Assembly (NCBI GenBank): GCA_001949185.1
Contig: BDGG01000004.1
Span: 1,451,620 to 1,515,619 of the forward strand
Reading direction: 5' to 3'
Length of the DNA: 64,000 nt
Source of the DNA: Ramazzottius varieornatus
Lineage: Eukaryota > Animalia > Tardigrada
Below are positions 1 to 13,447 of this stretch, piece after piece. The notes under the pieces are model-generated. The model saw only the letters and a program-made list of their open reading frames with translations. It did no database searches and was not told where the DNA came from. Position numbers and translations under genes: made by a program. Position 1 is the stretch's first letter; each line of letters begins with the position of its first letter.

Positions 1-3000
1 ATAACCTTATGAGACGTTCAGATATGATATGGACAGGAAAAGAAACGTGACAAATTAATATAGTACGACAATAAATGGTTCATGAATATTTCATAGTCTT
101 ATGGATATTTTTTCTAGTTGAAGGGAGATTTGTCTTCGTGCTTGCATTTCGGGACAAGGGATGTTCCTGTTACGTCGCTGGACTGGATCACTACGTCGGA
201 CAAGAGCACCGGCTTGCTGGCTTATGCTGACGGGAAAATCCACTGGTTCCGCCTGCTTCATTTGGAGTGATCAGGTAGGTGGCGCTGTGTGGTGTAAACA
301 AGGATTTTTGGTGGCGCTGTGGTGATGGTGGGCAATTGTGCACTGTGTGGTATGAGTTATGGTTGCATCTCGGTTATGAATGCACTAACGGATGAACGTA
401 TTTTGAGAGAAGGTCAAGTCTGGTCGAGTGTAGCTTAATAGATCGATATGAATTGACTTTAATACCATATGCAGCCCAGATGGTAATGCGGGGAAGGCTT
501 TTATTCTGGTTTACACCATTTCCTTTCACCGACGAAGGAGAACAAGGTGGGCTTCAGGTTCTTGCATAGCTCGATATACGATCGTGTGGTATTGAGACTA
601 GCAGTATGCACCGAACGGTTCAAACCGAGACCTGCGTTGAGTTCTTTATGGTCTTTCTTTCGCCTCAGGTCGTGTGAGTTGAAAGTGCGTTTTCTTTGTG
701 CAGAGAATGCCATTTCTTTAGCGCTCGGATAATTACTAGCTTTCAGGAAAATTAGCGTCTTGCGTGCATGGTGCGCAGACAGAGGCTGCACTCGAGATTG
801 CTGGAATTGAAGGTTGCTTGTAGTGAGAGCGTCGGCACCGGAACCGGCTCAGATTTGTTCAGATTGATTCTTATCTGGGTAAACAACGTCATTTCGGTTA
901 CGACCGACACTTTTGCATTTCTGTAGCACGTTTAATGAATGCCTTTATCAACCGTTTTCTTGCAGACATCAACAAGCACGATAGTGTATCACTGACGACG
1001 AACCGTTAACTGATGAGTTTACTTTGAGTCTTGGTCGAACCGGTTTCCACCTTCCAATCTAAACAGTTTTTTCGTCCGCGAACCCTCTTTGTCTAGCCAC
1101 TCCTGCTTGCTTCCCAGTTCTCAAACCCAAACTTCCGTCCTAAAATTTTTTTGAAAGTAGCTGGTCAGAAAAGTGTGAGCGAGGCCGATGAGGCAGTTTT
1201 TCCATGTCGTGTGCTTTTACCGTGGGTCTTGACGTTGGTTTTGCCTGATGGAGCGATGGACTCGGAAATTAGAGTATTAAATTTGCACGTTGCCTGGAGG
1301 GCAAACCACACAAAGCACCTTGGCGAGCTAACTTGACGAGATACGCGAAACGTTGAGGCTGGACTAGTAGTCTTCTCATTGTGCGGTGGCGATGTAAAAG
1401 GAGTGACTGTCATTACAGCAGCCGCAGTAGTGTTCGCATCGCTGCCGAGGCGAGGCCAAACAAGCTGAGGCGTATTTCAAACTGTTTGTTCAACTGGAAA
1501 TTGCTGCGAGCTCAACCGAGCCTTCCTTTAGCTGTCACCAGGCAAATATGTACGATCTGGCTAGATGATACAGTCTTTCCGTCGGTGTACTGTACTTTAG
1601 GCTTCGTACGTCCACCAGTGAAACGGAAAAGCCTGTGGCGCACTTGACGGTATATTCGAGGAGGTGTCTTTCACTCAATATGCCTTGTCGTATGTGCTTT
1701 ATTCAGCTCTCTTTTTGGTCCAAAGCAAGCTTGTGAGTTGGCGTAGTTGAAGGGGACCGTTTGACGAGCCGAAAAATTTTCACTGGGTTGCAAATGGAGC
1801 AGCAGCACGATATTTGTGATTCCCTGTAGTAGTCCTGTATATCTTTGTATGATATGTCGCGGGTGTGATCTATCGAATATCTATCGACGTCTTTCTATCC
1901 TGTATATTCTCCGAGTCCTTCGTCGGCCACATCGTCAACAGACTCTTCTCTTTCTTTACTGAGTACAGTTTGACATTGCAGCTGGAGAGCCATTTGCTCT
2001 GGGTACGTTTTTAACGGGACCGTGTAGCGCCTTGGTGGATCATCATTTTCGGTATTTTCACTGAAAATAGCCCACTATAATGAGGGAATAACGTCTCATT
2101 TGCTCGCTGCACACTGCATATGCAAACGCGGCCTGGATTACTTAACCGGATTAAACCCCCCTCTCTCTGATTGACGCTACAACAGCCGACAACTGCTGTG
2201 GTAACTGCAGCAAATTTCCCTTCCCTTCCTAACCCCCAAAACTCCGTCAGCCGATCTTCGTCTAAGAGCAAAGGTGAATATTTCTGACCGTGATATATTT
2301 GCAATTAAGACAGGATCTTCGTGAGCCAGTTTCCTGAATACTTCTGGACATATTGTTTTTCGAATCCCTTTGTTTGCGAATGACATCAGATCTCCAAAGA
2401 GGGCTTAGAACTCACAAGTGAGGCAAAGCCCTGAGGGAGAAAAGTTGTGTCTTGTTGTAGAGACAAGTCTTATATAGAGACGAGCTATCCTTGGGCGTGG
2501 TTTTAGCAGGGCGTAATTCGACACGATTAGCTCGTCTTTTCTCTTTTATTGTTCCTCTAGAGCTACATTATGTCGTTGAGGGTCACCGCAAAATCATGTT
2601 AGGATTCTGAGGCTATTGGTTTTAATGGTAAGTTTTCTACTGCAGAACTTGTTGGGGAATGGGCGTAGTGGCTTCGAAGGGTAACGGAAGCAGAATGTCG
2701 TCGTATCACTTGAAGATATATTTTCAAAGAAAGAAGACGGGGCTTTGTTTACCGGCAACGCACATAAAGGAAGCGTTCACAAAGTAATCAGGGTAGGCAC
2801 AATTTAGCCTTTCCATGTTGATCGCGTCTCTTGCTTACAATCCATCGCTGATGGGTATGAAATGTCAGCCGAGAACCCATACAGCGTACAGCCTAAAACG
2901 ACCCATGTCGAGGCCTTCCAGCATTCAACACTCCTTATTACGCCGCCTGGAATAATTCATGCGGAACGAAACTTCACTCTCTCTCCACGTATACAGACCT

Positions 3001-3569
3001 TTCTCCGAATGCATCCATGTGTTACTTCATCTCTCATACACGCTACAGTATGCGCTTCGCTGTAGTAGCGTTATCACTCTCGGCACTACCATTTCCTTCC
3101 CTACTTTTAGCCCATCTCTTTCCTCACACCATGACTCCAATTACAGCTTTGACAATCATCCCTCGCTGGCAAACGCGTACATAAAGTGACCTAAGCACAA
3201 CTAGATTTTTAAAATTTTCTTCCTTGTGGATAAAGCCTACGACAACGTATGTAGGTTAGGAAAAAACCTCCGACAAACACCTTCTCGGTAAATAAATATT
3301 CTGGCAGATAACAATTAGGGTTGGACAGAAAAGATAGTATGTTGATCTGGATGATAAATGCACTTGCTTTAATGCGCTCTTTCCGAGGTTGAAAGTCTCA
3401 AAGGCCCGATTTTGTGTCCGTATGGTTTTTCTGCGGTTGAACCATGGCTTGAACTAGGCTGCTTGGCGGGGAATGTACATTGCATGCATGCCACGCCAAA
3501 GGCTCCAAAGCCTGGAATTAACTGTACCAGCGAGCTATAGCTGCTTTCAACGAAGCACCGTGAAAGCCA

Positions 3570-3674
3570 TCAAGTACACTCGGCATGATTATGCTGTGTA
3601 TGCATATGCGGGCCGCTTATGCTAACAGGGCATTTCTCTGAGCATGTAGCAATTGTAATTCGTCACGTCTTATT
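3570..3674 (+). repeat. Dispersed ~100-bp repeat, copy 1
   Basis: Core TTATGCTAACAGGGCATTTCTCTGAGCATGTAG (3617-3649) matches 15278-15310 at 32/33 nt. The flanks CAAGTAC(A/G)CTCGG and GTCACGTCTTATT are also shared. Confidence 0.85.
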
Positions 3675-5123
3675 GCATTTCCAATGTGACAGAATATTTG
3701 CCATATTTTGCTGTGTTGTTTCATGTTTCAAGAAAGCGCTCTTTAAAATATCGAGAAAAAATAAAGACATAGGTTAGAAAGGGTCTTTCACTGGAATAAC
3801 GGTCACGTCGACGTCAATCACGTTTCGAGTACTTCAGCTATGGAGAAAGAAAGGGGACCAGATCATAATAACGAAACTCGCCCCCATATACGATCTGTAC
3901 GACGTACAGTGCTGTATATATTGATAGGCTGGTCGGACTTGCCGCTGTAAAGCGTACACTGCAGTCTTGGCCTGCATGACTGCGATGTGAGACTGAACAG
4001 CGGATTACTTTCATTTGCATTCTAAGCCTGTGAACATGTATCTCTCTTTGTCCGCCCTCGCTCCTTCCTCCGTGGGCTTTTTAAAGCACCAAGTGCCTAA
4101 TTTCCTCTAATCATACCTTGAACATTTCTTCATACTTATCTTTTTGCAGTTATCCCCCAGGTCGACTCTTCCCATCCTCGCATCACCTCATTTCATCATC
4201 CAACAACTTCATTTTCAATTTGGATCTTAATTGGACTAAACTCGTCGTTTTAAATTTGGTAAGTCCTCATTGTCGTCTTGTATATGTGGATATCTTTGCC
4301 TGGCTTACGAATATAGTTAGAAATTGTAAAGTCGTTGAGACGGTTGTTTTGTGTGTTGAACACACGGCCTACAGGTGCAGTTGGCTTTCCTGATGAGGCG
4401 GAAATATGTTTCGAGGTAGTAGTCGTTGCTGCCGTTGTTGAGGATGGCAAAACCGTGATAACTTATTCAGCAGACCAAAACTGATCGATGGTAGCCGAAT
4501 ATGACACCACACTCTATATTCGACCAGTGTCGAATTGTCCTTCCTTAACAGCCACGACAGCGTAAAGATTCCTTTGCTAGAGCAAATGCGCCTGTCAATA
4601 ATAATATTCTGCTTATAAACGTAATCACATCTAATTATCAGGAAAAAATCCCACATTTATTTATGGATGCTGCTACCCCAAGCTGGCTTTTCCGCATGTT
4701 GTTCGCGAAGACGAATGTGATGAGCCATTATGTTGTTCTATGTTGAAAAACCAGTCTTGCTGTTGTCGGAGGACAACGACAGCCAGGTGCGTTTTTCTCT
4801 CCTTCGTTTGTTTGTTTGCTTCGGCTTTCGATCGCTTGACGAGGCTGAGTTGTCTTTGAAGACTTCCTCGTTTCTTGGCGACAAAAGAAGGGCGGTGTTT
4901 TATGGGAGAAGAACACTGAATATTTTGTAGTTGTGGCTGACTGATATGTCAGACGGACGAAATGCAATAGGGTCTTTGAGGAACAAAGAGACATTCCCCC
5001 TCTAAGCAGTGTTTGGCGTCGCTCATGCGAATCACGCAAAGATTGCCTTTCGATTAGGCCAAAGCCAGTCAACGCGGCTATACAGCTCACTCTCCGATCG
5101 AGTCTCCCTCCTTTCCTCCCCCA

Positions 5124-5156
5124 ATCGAGGATCGAGGCGATCGAGGCGATCGAGGC
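5124..5156. repeat. Short tandem repeat (ATCGAGGCG)n, about 4 units
   Basis: atcgagg atcgaggcg atcgaggcg atcgaggc read directly. Confidence 0.8.
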
Positions 5157-8100
5157 TCACAACCAGCATCCTTCTCTCTGGCTTGCCCAAGAGTAAGCAC
5201 AGCGTCTTGGCCACATTTCTACGAATACTTCACTGCCGCCATCATAATTAAACGGATTATGTTTATTAGGCCTTTAACTTCTGCTATACTTTTGCTACTT
5301 TGGCGGGCTGTGACTGTGTTCTGACATACAATAAATGACATCTACACTATAAACTGTTAAAAAACACTCGGGTGTATGATGAGACAAGGAAGTTCGTCAC
5401 CGTGGAAGAATAAGAAATTATTATGAGTGTGTCTTTCTACATACATGGGAATAATCACGTCAGCAGATGGTAATTTGATGCTGCGTTAAAAGTCTTAATC
5501 AATGGTAAACCTTGAGGGCGTTTCTAAACAATCTCTTCCGTGGCTTAGTTTTTCGTCTTTCTGGTTTCTCAACTATGCACTTCAGTTTGAATTTTCCAAA
5601 TGGTTTTCGGTGCGGGTTCTTTATGCATGGCAAAGTTTGACTGCTGGATGGCCAAAGTTCGCTGTTGTTGTAATGCTTGCACGAGCTTAGAGAAGACGCG
5701 CTTGACACGACAAGCCTCGACGTTGCTACTATCAATTTGGGCTTGGGTTAACATCAACGCGACCATGTCCGTTAATCCACCCATATTATCGCTCATAGGC
5801 ATTTTTATTACCTTACTTAGAAGTATAGTGACTTTTCATTAGACGAGTGCTTTCGTTGTTTTTTCCTTCCATAGTTGCGTAATGACCAGTATTCGTGAAG
5901 TTATTGTTCGACGTTCTGGCGAATATTTTTGGGGCCGTGTCATATGGACAATTTGAAACCATCATACGGTGTTCATTTCATTTCCTGGTAGATAGCGCCG
6001 TCATTAAGTTCAACATGGGCATGTCTCTCTTTGTGGGATTCGGTGCTGTCCATGTATCTTTGTGATAACAGCTGTGGCAAAAGTGCCCCGCAGGCTAGAG
6101 TTAGGTTTGACGGCTCGAGCAGCTTGTCGGTTGCTCGGTCGGTGTGGAAGGAAGCACCGTGGCATTTATTCGCCAGTGTACCGTGTTTGAACAATTTTAC
6201 TTAACAAAACTGTGCGCCAACCAGGACTATACCACGCAGCCAAGCATATAGAGTTAAAGCACATTTTATCGAGGTCGTCCAAATAAGCCACCATTCATCA
6301 TCAGACGACTCTTCCCTCACGTTGCATTTACTGAATCCCGGTCGCTGTTATTTGCCTGACAGTCGAAGTCCACACAAAGAAGAAAAAAGTAACCCAGTTC
6401 CATGGAGGAAGAAAAGTCCCGAAAATACGAAATATGTTTTTGATAGTGAGGTCCTCGAAAAGCTGGTCGTGCCGAAGGTGAAATGCGCCGTGATGGCGGG
6501 TTAGGGCTGTTGATTGGAGTGAAGACCATTAGAAGGCCATCAATTGGGACCACACAGGGAATTAAAGTGAATTCATCCGGGTGTAAGCTTGATAGGAATG
6601 CGTGGCACGATCGTTGCAATTGGGTGGGGAGCTCTGTATGCAGTTGATAGCCGAGCGAGGTTACACCGACCGAAGGCAGCGAGCTACGAGGAACTCTATG
6701 AGAAATACTAAACGGGCATATCGACCGCCGGCGGTACTTTTGTCCTTCGTGAAATAGGAACCGGACACGAAGCTACGTTATCGGTAAATTTTCTCTTGTA
6801 GGCATCTGCGTCTTTATCGGTTTAGCGTAAGTGGAAGAAACAAGCAAAGTTCGCCACATCTTGACATAATGTTCGTACAATACATAAGACCGTAAGAGCT
6901 TAGATGGAATTCATGGGGGAGGCCTTTCTAATCAACGTGTCTTCTTGAGCTGGGTTCTCTGCCATCGTGTCGAACCATGCCAGACAAGTTAACAAATAAA
7001 TTTTTCGAATATTCGTATGATTTTCGTGCGGTTTATGTGTTCACCAGGATGCCACATGGCGCGGTATAATAGGTTGGGTAAATGCGGTGGCTGCATGGGC
7101 TATTTGGCCAGAAATGTCGGCATTGCACGTCGTGCCTGATTATACTGCTTGCGAAGAAAGGAGCGAAACCGTAATGTTAACGGCAGTAACGACGGTGGAT
7201 GGTATGGTTTGGTGGGTCGATTGACGCTTTGCACTCTGCTGGCTGCAGCTTATTTGTACGGTGACTGTAATTATTTACTTTAACGATTTGCTTAGGTCGT
7301 GTATTGATCTTCTGCGGGCATGTTTTTTCTCTTTCGTTCTCACATTTTAGCCACGTACGCGCGCCTTTGAGCAAGCTATTGGAGCCATTCATTATAGTGT
7401 CAAATTTCCATCCTTCCACTCTGTTCGCTGTCTTTCAAGACTTCTTGCGACGCCAGTAGCAATATCAAGTTCGATAATATCCCCACCGTCTTTCTGCATG
7501 CATGACCCGCTTCGTCTTGCTCAATACTTTCCGCTTGTCTCGACTTCTTGAGGTGATTCTTTTAGAGATAATCGTATATCCTCATTAGGCGTCACTCATA
7601 ATGGATTCACGCTTGGCTTTGAACGATAGACCATCGATAATGATACTCGGGGGGTTGTCAACAGTAAAATCCGAATGCTTGGTTTGGGCGAGATAGCTCG
7701 AAATAGGTATATTTTGACTTGAGGAAATCTGAACATGGTCCGCTCCTTGAAAGCGAATCGGTATTCTTCGTCTAGCATCGAATTTTGGAAATTCAGTCAC
7801 TCAGCTCGGAGGAACCCGGCTGCCATACGGGTGCTTGCATGAGCGACCGTGTTGCTTCGAAGATCGATGAGAGACCGTATGCGCGCACTGGAGGAGGAAG
7901 TCTTTGAAGGGGCAGAAGGAAAGGTCTTTTCATGTTATGATTATGGCGGGTAACGAGTGGCGATTACCAAGTAGTTTTGTGACACTTTGGCAGATATTTG
8001 ATGAGCTTAATGGGTTTGTTTACGACGCAGGTGAAACCGTAGATAACTCGTTGATCAAGTTGCCGCTTGTTTGTCAAGATGATTATTTCGCTGTGCCGTC

Positions 8101-8249
8101 GTGTTTTTTCCGGTGTCACCGCCCACCATGAAAGCCATGCATGACTTTGCGACACTCTTCAGACCACTTTTACAACAACGTACAAAATACACAGTGAACT
8201 TTTCATGGGTGGATTGAACGGAAGAAGGAAAGGCGAACGATGCGCTGAC

Positions 8250-10470
8250 TACTTTTATCACCACGGGTGTGTTTCGTCCTATAGAAAATACGCGGTGACT
8301 ACCGACTAGTATGGTGTCATCTGGTTGCACTCCTCTAATCAGCATTTATGCACACTTCCGGAAGCAAGATGTTTCGGCTGATAATCTACCCACTGCTTAA
8401 CACATGGGCATAATGACATGTCAGATGTTCGCACAACTACAAATTTTGCGTTAATCGCAACATTGCCATTATTCGCCTATCACTGGTCGATCGTTTCATG
8501 TCCGAACTTGGGTTCCTTCTCTCTGGCCAAGTCTCGTAGACTTAACATCGTGAGAAAAGTTGAGAAACTCTTCTACCGATACTTCCTTGTTCAAAAGCAA
8601 GTCCAACCATGAATAAGTTTCTCAGTGGATTCCTGAGAAACCTTTCGGCCAGTGCGGAGGGCAAAGTAGGTTCTTGGGTACCCGTACAGTTGCATTAGAA
8701 TAGGAAGGAGCAAGGAAGTTGGCCAAGTGTTTTTCTAGATCAAATATTTGAATGGACATTATATTGCTGCAAATGGCCGTGCTTCACAATTGCCCAGTTT
8801 TGATTAGATACTAAGAGCTATTGACATTGCAGTTTAGATCAACGTTCACTGCAGAAGGTTGCTATGGCTGCCTCTGTCCGGGGCCGGAGAGTGCATGAAT
8901 ATCAAGGCAGCGTAAAATCGATAAGTGCAGTAACGCCTGCTGGTTTCTCCTTGCGCCGCCAGCTCTTCTCAAACGCCCACTCAAAGGCATTCCACCGAAA
9001 GTTATCCTCTCTAATAGAAAAACAACATAAAGTTACTTCAGTCGTGATCTATACCGCGCGACTGGTAAAGATACTCGAAGAATAGTCGTAATTTGGGATG
9101 GCGGCAAATGAATCAAACAAGATCGCTCTGTCAAATGGCGCACATTCTCGTTGTTATTGGCCGAGCATGTGCGGTACTTGAGAAAACGATCATCTTCAAG
9201 TCACTTGCGAACGTCCCACTTTATTTTTCTTTTCCCATACGGCAGCGGGGTGGCTTTGTTTTTGAGGTTTATCCATGGATACAGGAGCGGAGTTTTGTCG
9301 TCCGGCCTGGTTCTCGTTCTTTGATCGGCAATTTGAGATGCGATGCCTTTGGATGATAGATTGACAGTAATGTTGTGTGCGCACAGTCTTGAGGAAAAAA
9401 TGCAGAGAGCTATTCGGCAACTTTTGTCGATAATCACAGTGGGTATTTTTACGAGCTTTCTTACAGTGCACAGTAATCTGTTATGCGCGAGAGAGTTCGT
9501 GAATCGTGAGCAGGCTTTGCCCTCAGCTGCGATTATTGACGCTAGTTTGCGCAGAGCTGATATAATAGATCCACGGAGAGCCGCCTTGGTTCTTTCTCTT
9601 TTTTCCAGCAGCATGTCAACTTTTTCCGCCCTTGCTTGACTGCTCATGCTGCGTCGAGAAGCATTATAAAGGGAAAAATTACCGATCTTGAATAAAAATA
9701 CATGTGAGACGTGGGCAAATGAACTGAACCAGATCGTTACCTTAACCCGCGCACGTTTTCATTGCAACTGGCAGAAGGATTGCGCCACTGGGGGAAACGA
9801 TGTGGTTCGAATCAAAGGCCTATGTGCCACTTATCATACATGTAAGGTGACGATAACTCCACAAGCCGTTTTGGCCCAGATAGTTAATAAATATATTGAA
9901 TATTTTGATGGACAGTCCGACAGTACACACTTGTGAAAGGTAGCCATCGATCAAGTCAACTCTGCGTGAAATTACGTTTTGTCTGGTTGGACTCTCCAAC
10001 TGCTTTCAAGGCTTCTCGGACGGGATCGAGTCGCAGCAAGCGGTGGCTGTATCTGTCCACGGAAAAGGGCTTCCTTCTCTGGGGGAAGCAGTTTCTACGG
10101 CGCTTTGTCCTCTATAGAGAATTTAGCTTGTGTTAGCACGCTCGTTTCGTGTAACAGTTCATCATGTATACACACCATGAACTCTTCAATTATCGGCCTG
10201 AAACGCCGAGCAGTGGAACTGTGTGAGCACTCAAATTCACGTTGTCTTTGTTCCCTCGCTGAAAATCGACCTGCCATGGCGATGTTTAGACTAGAAACAT
10301 TTAACATACGGCTCACGATATCCAATCGAAAGTTGATTCTCCCGGCACCAGATATAGATTTTGAGAGAATATTTAGCATATAGGGCGACCTGATTAATAT
10401 AAGGCACTGATTTTGATAATATTCGTATATCAAACTGCTTTTTTTTCGCGCGAAGATGCCACTCATTTTG
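8250..10470 (-). mobile_element. Highly degraded hAT-superfamily transposase relic
   Basis: Minus-strand motifs occur in hAT order across frames: BED-like RKKSSLIYEYY (~10416-10450), LDRW...Y...TVH (9909-9955), SASCNEN (~9752-9777), LCAHNITVNL (~9357-9386), FRWNA (~8986-9000) and SHRVFSIG (~8277-8300). Many stops and frameshifts; no TIRs confirmed. Confidence 0.45.
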
Positions 10471-13447
10471 AGTGGCGAAGAGTTTTGATAGTGAGACCGG
10501 ATGGGGAATGTTGTTTTTAAATTGTGGAGATGGCCGCCTATGGTGTGGAGAACAACAAGTCGAGGAGGTCTGTGTGTATGCGAGAGTACAGTGTAGATAG
10601 CCCTTGAGGGCTTCCTTGTCCGGCACAAAAAGTTGTCAAACGAAGAACAAAAGACTTAATTGCCGTCCCAGATTGCTTTCCTTCTCATGGATATGCTCAC
10701 GGCTATACAGATAGTCAGATAGGCATCCCTGACTAGAGCGGTCAACTGGAAAGACGTAGTCAAGCCACTAGGGAAATGGCGGGGCTACTAATAGACCTTC
10801 TCTCCCTTCCCCCCATATGAGCAGATGCGTGGCTAATGTCATCCCAGTGATCCCCAATATCCACCAGGGCGTATTACCACCTTCCTTGTTTACCGACGCT
10901 TTTCAGCGAAGTATCTTCTTCGGCCTTTTGCAAATTTCAAAATCGAAACAAATAATGCATTCGGTATGGTTGATCCTTTCGAAGTTATTTTAGCCAGCCG
11001 TGGAAATTAATGACAGGGCAGATCGATCAGAGCTTGGTATTGAAATGCTACGCCGTGGGCGCTGTATGTGGTTAATTTATGAGGCTCTTTTGTTACCACG
11101 GACAGGTGTTCACAACATAGTCACGAACCCACCTTCGTTGTTATTTTGATCGGCTTTTATAGCGGTCTCCGTTTCTGGAATTTGGGTCGTAAAATTGCGG
11201 AGTCCCATATAGATCCGCGTAGTCAGATTTAAGTGTGAGGAAAAACAAGGACTTATGATATTAGAAATTTGCCAAAGCAAGGTCATTGTGAAATTCGCAG
11301 TAAGAAGCAAGCTAAGCTAAGCTGAGGATAAGCGGCGTTTGTCACGAACAAATATGACTCAGTATCGATTTGCGCAGGAGTGCTTTGAATGTCTTGGTGG
11401 TAGAGCTGAATGTCGATGAGCTGTTGGTAGTATTGATTATTTTGCCATGTAAAGTGACTACGGTCAAAAAGCACACCGTGGAGCGGGAGCGTACGTGTCA
11501 CGGGAGGTTGCTGGCTGCAGCTGTTTACTTAAAACAATTTCCTCGAAACATCTGTTAATACCCTCCAGCCTGACAGCTTCCTCAAAGCATCACTGCTACT
11601 TGAGAAACTCTGGCTAGCGAAGACCCCACCGTCTTCCCATCCATTTCTTCCCGCATAATATCTTTGGCTTTCGAACCATAGACTTTGTGCCCGTCTGAAG
11701 GGACGAACAACAAAGAATTTTGATCGACTTGACCTTGGCCGTAATTGACTTCAGTCGAGACAGAAATTTCGATATTAGGAACTTGTCATATCGAGTCCCA
11801 GATTCAATGTAAGCGCGACCGGCGCACATCAAGGTCGATTGTTAAAAGGCGATAATTTCTCAAACTGAAAAGTGGGCAAATAAATTAAACCAGATCGTCA
11901 ACTGAAGTGGCGCAGATTTTCATTGTTGTTGGCTTGAGGTGTGCGCCTCTTGAGAAACGATTCGGTGCATTTTATTTTGCCCACGTTTTCAGTGTGGTTC
12001 CAGATGGAGGCTGTGTTCGTAGTTGATGGTTTCGAATGAGCAAAGAGGTGAATGAGGTGTGAAGGAAAGTGTTGATATAGAGAAGGCGTAAAAGCAGCTC
12101 GGGTCCTCATCTCTTCCTTGTGTACTGTAGCTGAATGAAATATTGAATTTCTATGAGTTTGGTTGCAGGATTCGCTTAAGTTGCTTCAGCATGTTTCCGG
12201 CAATGGAAGCTGCATCAGCACGGTCCGGTCACGTTTCGGCGGAAACAGGTTTATCTGGTTACCGCGCTTTATGATGAGGTTGAGGTTTGACAGTATATAC
12301 TGCGCGTGTAGTGGTGGGTTAGTACAGCCGCCGATCATGCATCGAAAATGCTCAACCCTCAAATCCGCCATGCTGAGTGAGCAACGCCATGCAAACCCCG
12401 ACGGTACTCACTCGAGAGCTCTCTTTGACAGACAAATTAAGGCTCAGCCAACAAAGCTGGCAAAGCTTGCGAAAGCACGGCGAAATGTGATAGCGGTTGT
12501 TGACCAGATTGGACATCTTTCGCCTTCACTGATAGCAATTATCAAATTAATGCCTGCCTTCAAGCTCAGCCAACGTTATAAAGGTTTCCTTTGTTCACGC
12601 AATACACCATGAACCATTTTACGAACGACAATGGTGTGTAATTACATAGACAGGTTCCTCCGTCTGTACGCCAGGCTTGTTCTTCCAGCAACAAAGTCGC
12701 GAGGAGAACAAAGAGTAACGGAACGGAAAGACCCATCTTCGCACTCATGAGGCGACTTTCTCGTAGTACCTGAACTAGGTCTTGAAGCCTGTTATATTAA
12801 ACCTTCCCTGCGAGCTTTTGGACATTATTGTCGCGCGCCGTACAAAGGTCTTTGTTTAGATAAAGGAATTGTAGTTTCTAGAAATCGATATGTTTTCTGG
12901 TATAAAAGTAAACCATAGGATAGAAAAGTGATCTTGAAAGCAGATTGAACTTCGAGGCTGTCGCTAAAGTTAATGGTACGGTGCATTGCCTTTAGAGAAT
13001 AATGGGCGTGGCAGGAGAAGTTCTATCGATCAGAAGTCGAGACTCATGATTCAGCGTGACTGGCTGTCCTTCCACGTTACGACTGTCCGTGAGGATCCAA
13101 GTTAACAGAAATGAACGTCCTTTTTTTCTGCGCGAGAAACATGTTTAGCGTGGTTTGATTTTCCCTTATGTGGATATTGTGCAGAAGTCGCAAAAAAATA
13201 AACTACTTGAAAATTTCACCTTGGTCGTGTGTAATGACTAGTATGCATTTTTGCAGGTTATCAATAGTGCATAATGGGTATCATGTCGGATTGCTGAAGG
13301 GGGTACTCCCCGGTGGTTTCTCCTCTGTCCTTGAAATCCATAATTTCGTGACTCAATGAATCGCTGAAGGCACCGCTGGTGAATCTCCCTCTCCATCTAG
13401 CCTGGGTGTCGCATGCCAGTGAGTCGATGCTGGCTCGATAGAGCAAG

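Noticed and set aside
275-322. Two GGTGGCGCTGTG direct repeats resembling a CTCF core
   Set aside because: Only a partial motif, with no supporting context or element boundaries.
422-500. tRNA A-box-like GTGTAGCTTAATAG
   Set aside because: No B-box (GTTCRA) or cloverleaf follows.
7044-10736. CAGG(G)ATGCC strings as possible TIRs of the hAT fossil
   Set aside because: The match is under 10 bp with an indel, and no TSD was found.
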